From NCBI GenBank assembly GCA_037142615.1, contig JBAXAI010000008.1, positions 69,799 through 133,798 of the forward strand: a stretch of 64,000 nucleotides of DNA, given 5' to 3'. The notes beneath the pieces are model-generated. The model was not told where the DNA came from. It ran no database searches and saw only the letters and a list, made by a program, of their open reading frames with translations. Positions 58,672 to 64,000 of this stretch are shown in pieces; position 1 is the first letter of the stretch, and each line of letters starts with the position of its first letter. Origin of the DNA: Spirochaetales bacterium. Its GTDB lineage: Bacteria; Spirochaetota; Spirochaetia; JABEVK01. The position numbers and the translations under genes were made by a program.

Positions 58672-58722
58672 GCGGGTGAGAATACCGGAGCCCCAACCTG
58701 CTGTCAATGACAGCCAAGTGAC

Positions 58723-59532
58723 CTATTGTTTGTCGGCGATGTCTTTTCGCTTGAGGTCGTTCTCGAGTTTTTGGGTCCAGATGTCCATCTTCTTCTTGAT
58801 CGCCTCGGCGTCTTGTGACCTGTTGATGGCGATGGATAGAAGTCGCAACGCCCCCAAGTACTTGATGGCAAGCCGAAAGTCATCGAAGCGGAGGGTAGAG
58901 AGCTCATATTTCTCGCGGTAGCGGTTGGCAGCTTGATCCAGCAGCTTGCGGGCCAACGCCAGGTGCGCCATTTTGACGGCATAGCTTTCGGCTCCGGGAT
59001 CCATGTCACGAAACAACGTCTTCAGGTTGAGGAGGTTCTTGACCACAGTGGCAAACCGGGCTTCTAGCTCGACAAAAGTCCACTTCCACTTGGTGTTGTC
59101 GCCATAGCCTTCCATGACGAGCTGAATGGAAAAACCCATTTTGTTGATCAGTTCCCACCGCTGGGTTGCATCAAAAGAGGAGATGAGAGCGATCTTTTCC
59201 TCGTAATCGCCGAACGGCACGTCAATCAGATTGCTGACTACCTGTTCAAGGTAGATGACAACCTTGTAGCAGAGCTTGCGGGCGTTGTTGAGGTAGGCCT
59301 CGTTCTTGACCCCGAGCAGATTCACCGAAAGGGTGTTCATCAGGACAAAGTACGACAGGAGATTGAGGTTTTCGTCGGCGAGGCGGAGCCGCTTGTATTC
59401 GGCACCGGTAGGGTCCTTTTCGAGAACTCCGAGAATCAAGCTTTCGCGGGTCTCGCTATCCTCGATCGTCTTCTTGTAGTCCTTGATAATTTCAAGGTAC
59501 TTCTTCCGGGCATCTTCGCTGACTTTCGACAT
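58723..59532 (-). CDS. Conserved spirochete hypothetical all-alpha protein
   Basis: 269-aa ORF with host codon bias, directly after recN. Confidence 0.75.
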   Translation of the reverse strand: MSKVSEDARKKYLEIIKDYKKTIEDSETRESLILGVLEKDPTGAEYKRLRLADENLNLLSYFVLMNTLSVNLLGVKNEAYLNNARKLCYKVVIYLEQVVSNLIDVPFGDYEEKIALISSFDATQRWELINKMGFSIQLVMEGYGDNTKWKWTFVELEARFATVVKNLLNLKTLFRDMDPGAESYAVKMAHLALARKLLDQAANRYREKYELSTLRFDDFRLAIKYLGALRLLSIAINRSQDAEAIKKKMDIWTQKLENDLKRKDIADKQ

Positions 59533-59534
59533 GG

Positions 59535-61229
59535 TTACCCCTTTGCGGAGTTCCTCCTGATCAATTCTTCGGCGTGTTGGAGGCCGGCTTCGGTCGCCAC
59601 ATTGCCCGAAAGCATGCGTGCAACCTCGCGAATGCGCTGTTCGCCCTCGATCGCACTCACCGTCGTCTGGGTCCGCCCACCCTCAACCGACTTCTCTACC
59701 CTCAACTGGCGGTCGGCGAACGAGGCAATCGAAGCAAGATGGGTAATACACAGAACCTGCTTGTGCTTCGACAAACGTTTCAGGTACTTCCCCAATGCCA
59801 GTCCAATTTCCCCGCCGATTCCCGTGTCAATCTCATCAAAGATAAGTATCGGTATATTATCAGCTTCGCTCAAGATGGTCTTCAGGGCCAGCATGACCCG
59901 CGAAAGCTCCCCACCGGAAGCAGTCTCTCGTAACAGACGGGGCGCTTCGCCCGCGTTGGCCGAAAGCAGGAACTCAATCTGGTCCAAACCTGACGGTGTA
60001 CAGACCGGCTTGCCATTCTCAGCCAGCTTGCGCTGAAAGCCGATCCGGAACACGGAATGGGGCATGCCGAGTTCGGCCAGAGCTGCCTGGACAGCCTGCT
60101 CGAGCAACCGGGCTGCCGCCTGGCGTTTTTCCGAGAGCAACATCGCGGCCTGGATCAGTTCCTTCTCGACGCGGTTCATTTCGGCCTCGGCTTTCTCGCG
60201 CTCCGAACTGAAGTTCTCCAGCAACGCCTTGCGAGTCTCTGCCTTTTCCCGGGCGATCTGAACCGCCTGCCAGCCGGGGCCATACTTGCGGTCGAGCCCA
60301 TGGAGCAGAGAGAGCCTGTCATTCACCGACTCCAGGCGATCGGGCTCGAAGCTCAGGCCTAGACGGTAACGGTGGAGCGTGTCGCCAATGTCTTGTACCT
60401 CGATCAACGAGTTCTCCAGGCGAGTCTCTTCGCCGGTCCAGCGCTCATCGATCGTGGTCACGACGCCCAGCGCCTGGCGGGCACTACGAAGTTGCGCGAT
60501 GGCGCTGTGCCGACCTTCGGAAAGGCTTTGTTCCAAGGCCAGAAGGGCCTCGGTTAGCTTCCCGTGCTGCTCAAGCCGCAACCTCTCAGCCTTCAGTTCG
60601 TCCTCCTCGCCTTCGCGCCACTGCGCTTTGAGGATTTCTGCAACAGTCTGTGTGAGTCTGAAAAGTTCCTGCTCACGGTCCTGCTCACCACTGACCAGCG
60701 ACTCAAAGTCTTTTTTGCTTCTGGTGAGGGTTTGAAACAACGCCTGAAACTCACCGAGATCACCCTCGAGCCCTGCATATTGGTCAAGCAGCTTTCGGTG
60801 TCGATCGGGCGAGAAGAGCGATTGATGTTCGTGCTGACCATGAAGGTCAACCAAGTAGCCGGTCATCTGCTCCAGCTGGGCCCGCGTAACCGGCTGCCCC
60901 ATTATCGTCGAGGCGGACTTCTTCTGGTGACGAATGGACCTTTGAAGTATCAACACTTCATCGGAAACCCATCTGAGCGCATTCGCCTCAAGCCAATCGC
61001 TGAGTTCGGGCGTCGGCTCGACATCAAGAGTCGCCGAAACCGAGGCCTCGTCGCTTCCCTGTCGAATTACCTCCGACTCGGCACGAGACCCGAGCAAGAG
61101 GCCCAAAGCACCGATCAGGATGGACTTGCCTGCGCCGGTTTCACCGGTCAAGACATTCAGCCCGGGAGCGAACTCCACGCGTACCCGTTCAATCAGGGCG
61201 AAGTTGGTGATGGTCAGGTCCTGAATCAC
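59535..61229 (-). CDS. recN: DNA repair protein RecN
   Basis: TGETGAGKS, HGQHEHQ, ASGGELSR and FDEIDTG motifs. Confidence 0.96.
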   Translation of the reverse strand: MIQDLTITNFALIERVRVEFAPGLNVLTGETGAGKSILIGALGLLLGSRAESEVIRQGSDEASVSATLDVEPTPELSDWLEANALRWVSDEVLILQRSIRHQKKSASTIMGQPVTRAQLEQMTGYLVDLHGQHEHQSLFSPDRHRKLLDQYAGLEGDLGEFQALFQTLTRSKKDFESLVSGEQDREQELFRLTQTVAEILKAQWREGEEDELKAERLRLEQHGKLTEALLALEQSLSEGRHSAIAQLRSARQALGVVTTIDERWTGEETRLENSLIEVQDIGDTLHRYRLGLSFEPDRLESVNDRLSLLHGLDRKYGPGWQAVQIAREKAETRKALLENFSSEREKAEAEMNRVEKELIQAAMLLSEKRQAAARLLEQAVQAALAELGMPHSVFRIGFQRKLAENGKPVCTPSGLDQIEFLLSANAGEAPRLLRETASGGELSRVMLALKTILSEADNIPILIFDEIDTGIGGEIGLALGKYLKRLSKHKQVLCITHLASIASFADRQLRVEKSVEGGRTQTTVSAIEGEQRIREVARMLSGNVATEAGLQHAEELIRRNSAKG

Positions 61230-61238
61230 ACCGGCTCC

Positions 61239-62081
61239 TTAGTTCAGTTTCGCGTGGACAATCTCGTAGAACGACCGCTTGTCCGATTTGACGAGCAAGG
61301 CCTTCTGCGGGTGACGGGTCACTTGGATCACGTCGCCTTCACGGGGCTGAAACACCCCTCTTCCGTCCACAGTGAGTGTAACGGGAATTCTTTGCTTTTG
61401 CTTCAACGTCAGGCTGATTTTCTCGTGCCCAGGAAGTACGAGAGGTCTATTTGACAAAGAATGCGGACAAATCGGTGTAAGAATCAGCGCATCGGTCTCA
61501 GGATGAAGGATGGGCCCACCTGCCGAAAGAGAGTAAGCGGTTGAACCGGTGGGAGTAGCAACAATGATTCCATCAGCACGATACTGGCCCAACTCAATGC
61601 CAGACAACTCGACGTCAATGTAGATCATGCGCGAACTGGCGCTCCCGCTCAAGACACAGTCATTAAGGCCGGTCTCGCTGATCATGACCTGCTCGCCCCG
61701 CAACACGGTGACATTCAGCATCAACCGCTCGGAAATGCCCAGTTCCCCCCGTGCATACTTCTCGTAGGCCGAAAGCCATTCCTCCCGTACGACCTCGGCC
61801 ATGAATCCCACGGTACCCAAGTTGACCCCCAGAATCGGAATCGGTCGGTGGGCCGATAGCCGACAACTAAAGAGCACGGTGCCGTCGCCGCCCAAAACAA
61901 TTGCCAATTGTGCCCGGTGCGGTAGATCTATCCGATCAAAATCAGCAGCCTCCGAACCGCGGTACGGCAAACCGTGAACCCGCACGCCCCGGCTTCGCAA
62001 GACACCTGTAATCAGGTCAAGAAACTCGCCAGAACCGGGTTTTTCGAGATTGGCGATCACGACAACATCGCTCAGGTCCAT
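61239..62081 (-). CDS. nadK: NAD(+) kinase
   Basis: GGDGT, LND and ATPTGSTAYSLSAGGP motifs. Confidence 0.94.
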   Translation of the reverse strand: MDLSDVVVIANLEKPGSGEFLDLITGVLRSRGVRVHGLPYRGSEAADFDRIDLPHRAQLAIVLGGDGTVLFSCRLSAHRPIPILGVNLGTVGFMAEVVREEWLSAYEKYARGELGISERLMLNVTVLRGEQVMISETGLNDCVLSGSASSRMIYIDVELSGIELGQYRADGIIVATPTGSTAYSLSAGGPILHPETDALILTPICPHSLSNRPLVLPGHEKISLTLKQKQRIPVTLTVDGRGVFQPREGDVIQVTRHPQKALLVKSDKRSFYEIVHAKLN

Positions 62082-62089
62082 CGCATTAC

Positions 62090-63091
62090 CTAGGGAAGCG
62101 AGGCCATGACGCGCCCGAGATTCTCGAGTTCCTTGGCCCCAAAGGTGGAATAGAGAGGGAAAGCAAGTGTGTGTTGCAGAAAGCGGCGCCCGTGGGGAAA
62201 CTCGTCCTCCCGCAAGGCAACCGCCTCTGCCGCAAAGTCCCTAAAGGCCCAATCCGCCTCCACGGCGTTGCGGCGTGCGAAGGCGAGAATCTCTTTGGCG
62301 CCTGAATCCGCAAGAACGCAGAAGTAGGGCCCAGCCGGCGATGCATTTCCTATCTGTTTGGGCTGCCGGAACGACCGAGCCAACCGTTGGAAAAGTATAC
62401 CAAAGTTGGCCTGCTTTCCTTCGGCGAGAGCGGAAACATCCGCCCACTGGGACAACAGCAATGAAGCAACCACGTCAGACATTCGATCCCAAGCAAGGCC
62501 TTCGGCCCGGTTCCCGTTTCGGAAAGCTACAGCACAACCTCCAGGCCCTGCCAACAGCGAATCACTGCCGAAACTGGCAAAGGTAATGTCGCCGAAGTGC
62601 CCGACCGGGATTTCCTGCCAGCACCCACCCAGGCCCTGACTGATATCGCAGACCAAAGGAAGCCCCAACTGTTTCAGTTGGACGAAATCAGGAATGTAAC
62701 CCAGCGTAGTGTCGGCGATGACGGCCCGACAGCCAGCAAGGACATCGCCAGCGGGCAAAGACGCAGCGGAAAGCACGGGGGAATCGGAATCGACATCGCT
62801 CCAGATGCACTCGACACCGACGTCCTGCAGTCCCACCGCCCAATAGGGGGGAGCCAATACCGAAAGGAGAACCCGATCACCAGCCTGCAGCCTCAGAGAG
62901 CGTACTACGGCGGAGACAGCGATTGACGGAGAAGCGAACAATTCCGTGCCTTGGGCGCGAAAGGACTGGGAAATCTCTCGCGAAAGTCTCTCGGAGAATA
63001 CCCCCGAGACAAGCCTATCCTGAAGTACAGACTCCAGCAGAAAATCAAGATCCTTTCGCCGGATCGAATGGCGGATCAAAGGAAGGGCCAC
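62090..63091 (-). CDS. DegT/DnrJ/EryC1/StrS aminotransferase-fold protein, apparently lacking the PLP lysine
   Basis: LQAGDRV, LVCDISQGLG, GHFGDITFASF and LAFPLY; no K in SFGSDSLLAGPGG. Confidence 0.7.
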   Translation of the reverse strand: MALPLIRHSIRRKDLDFLLESVLQDRLVSGVFSERLSREISQSFRAQGTELFASPSIAVSAVVRSLRLQAGDRVLLSVLAPPYWAVGLQDVGVECIWSDVDSDSPVLSAASLPAGDVLAGCRAVIADTTLGYIPDFVQLKQLGLPLVCDISQGLGGCWQEIPVGHFGDITFASFGSDSLLAGPGGCAVAFRNGNRAEGLAWDRMSDVVASLLLSQWADVSALAEGKQANFGILFQRLARSFRQPKQIGNASPAGPYFCVLADSGAKEILAFARRNAVEADWAFRDFAAEAVALREDEFPHGRRFLQHTLAFPLYSTFGAKELENLGRVMASLP

Positions 63092-63097
63092 GCTACC

Positions 63098-63574
63098 TCA
63101 ACGGCTGATACTGGAAATTTGCTGCAGTTCCTTGGAATCAAACAGTCGCTGTATATCCAGAATGATCAGATAGCCATCCTCTCCCTGAACTACACCCTGA
63201 ATATACTCAGCGCCAATACCTGAAATGATTTGGGGAGGTGGTTGCACCTGATCCAACTCAATGCTCACCACCCGAAGCACCTTGTCTATGATGATACCGA
63301 TCTTTGTGCCATTGATATTGATGATGATCGAGCCACTCAGGAGCTCATCGTCTTCGCTCAGCTGTATCCTCTTGATGTGGAATCTGCGGTGAAGGTTGAT
63401 GACAGGCACGATATCGCCGCGGAGATTAAAAATCCCTTCGACGTACGACGGGGCATTGGGGATAGGACGGATGGCTTCGACCTTCCAGATCTCATGGACA
63501 TCCATGATATCGATGCCGTACTGCTCGTTGCCGAGTTGAAACGTCACCAGTTGCTTCTGACCATCTTTTTCCAC
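63098..63574 (-). CDS. cheW: Chemotaxis coupling protein CheW
   Basis: QLVTFQLGNEQYGIDI and EGIFNLRGDIVPVINL motifs. Start GTG 63574. Confidence 0.95.
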   Translation of the reverse strand: MEKDGQKQLVTFQLGNEQYGIDIMDVHEIWKVEAIRPIPNAPSYVEGIFNLRGDIVPVINLHRRFHIKRIQLSEDDELLSGSIIININGTKIGIIIDKVLRVVSIELDQVQPPPQIISGIGAEYIQGVVQGEDGYLIILDIQRLFDSKELQQISSISR

Positions 63575-63644
63575 GGAAGACCCCCACGATTCGAGAATAA
63601 CGGACCAAAGGTCAAAAAGCAAGAATGGGAGGGAAATAAAAAAA

Positions 63645-63754
<110 letters not shown>

Positions 63755-63771
63755 GTTAATAACGTACTCAC

Positions 63772-63904
63772 TTCGTCGGGAGCTACTGCGGCGGTCTTGA
63801 GCTGCGTGCCTGCCGAGTTCGAATGCTCACGTGTCACAGACACGCTCCGCTTCTCACATCGTTCAGCGCTTGCTCAAGCCCGTCCTCGCTACGCTCCAGA
63901 CGAA
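63772..63904 (+). repeat. ERIC-like long imperfect palindrome, copy B (23S-5S spacer)
   Basis: TTCGTC/GACGAA arms; core CTCACGTGTC-ACA-GACACGCTCCG; same motif order as 34023-34164. Confidence 0.8.
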
Positions 63905-63960
63905 CTTCGAAATTAACTGGGGAACAAGTGTTCCCCGAACAGAAAATGGGTATTGATAAT

Positions 63961-64000
63961 ATGGTCAAGCCGCACGGCAAATTAGTACTGGTCAGCTGAA
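63961..64000 (-). rRNA. rrl: 23S rRNA, 3' end (partial)
   Basis: GGTCAAGCCGCACGGCAAATTAGTACTGGTCAGCT is the reverse complement of the 23S 3' terminus. Confidence 0.9.

Noticed and set aside
59500-63600. Apparently lower GC and weaker codon bias, suggesting horizontal transfer
   Set aside because: The genes are core and in Treponema-like order; no mobility signatures; the shift was not quantified.

Overview
Chromosomal window from a high-GC spirochete (Spirochaetota; FlbB, FlbD, Treponema-like gene order, FlgE with the lysinoalanine residues). From the right end on the minus strand: 3' end of 23S rRNA, 5S rRNA, cheW-DegT-like-NAD kinase-recN-hypotheticals, a GH57/DUF4912 glycogen locus, the reduced spirochete dcw cluster (mraZ..ftsZ), xerD-dprA-xerC-hslVU, then a ~30 kb flagellar cluster (flgB..flhG, flgV-like, fliA/whiG, fapA). 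At the left end lie glgX, pfk, cimA and lipid/redox genes. Most of this is conserved housekeeping. The main anomalies are: (1) a 4,044-bp two-gene cassette (SAM methyltransferase with an apparent CTG start, plus a secreted beta-propeller/TPR/transglutaminase-like Cys protein) between fliY and fliZ, bounded exactly by 8-bp inverted repeats and TTT direct repeats; (2) motA/motB missing from their usual position; (3) G9/G8/T9 homopolymers at the start of fliP, a candidate phase-variation switch; (4) two diverged, covarying copies of an ERIC-like palindromic element, between fliG and fliH and in the 23S-5S spacer; (5) repeated leaderless promoter architecture; (6) several apparent pseudo-enzymes. 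No CRISPR array, transposase or prophage was seen. All calls were made by eye, without database searches.
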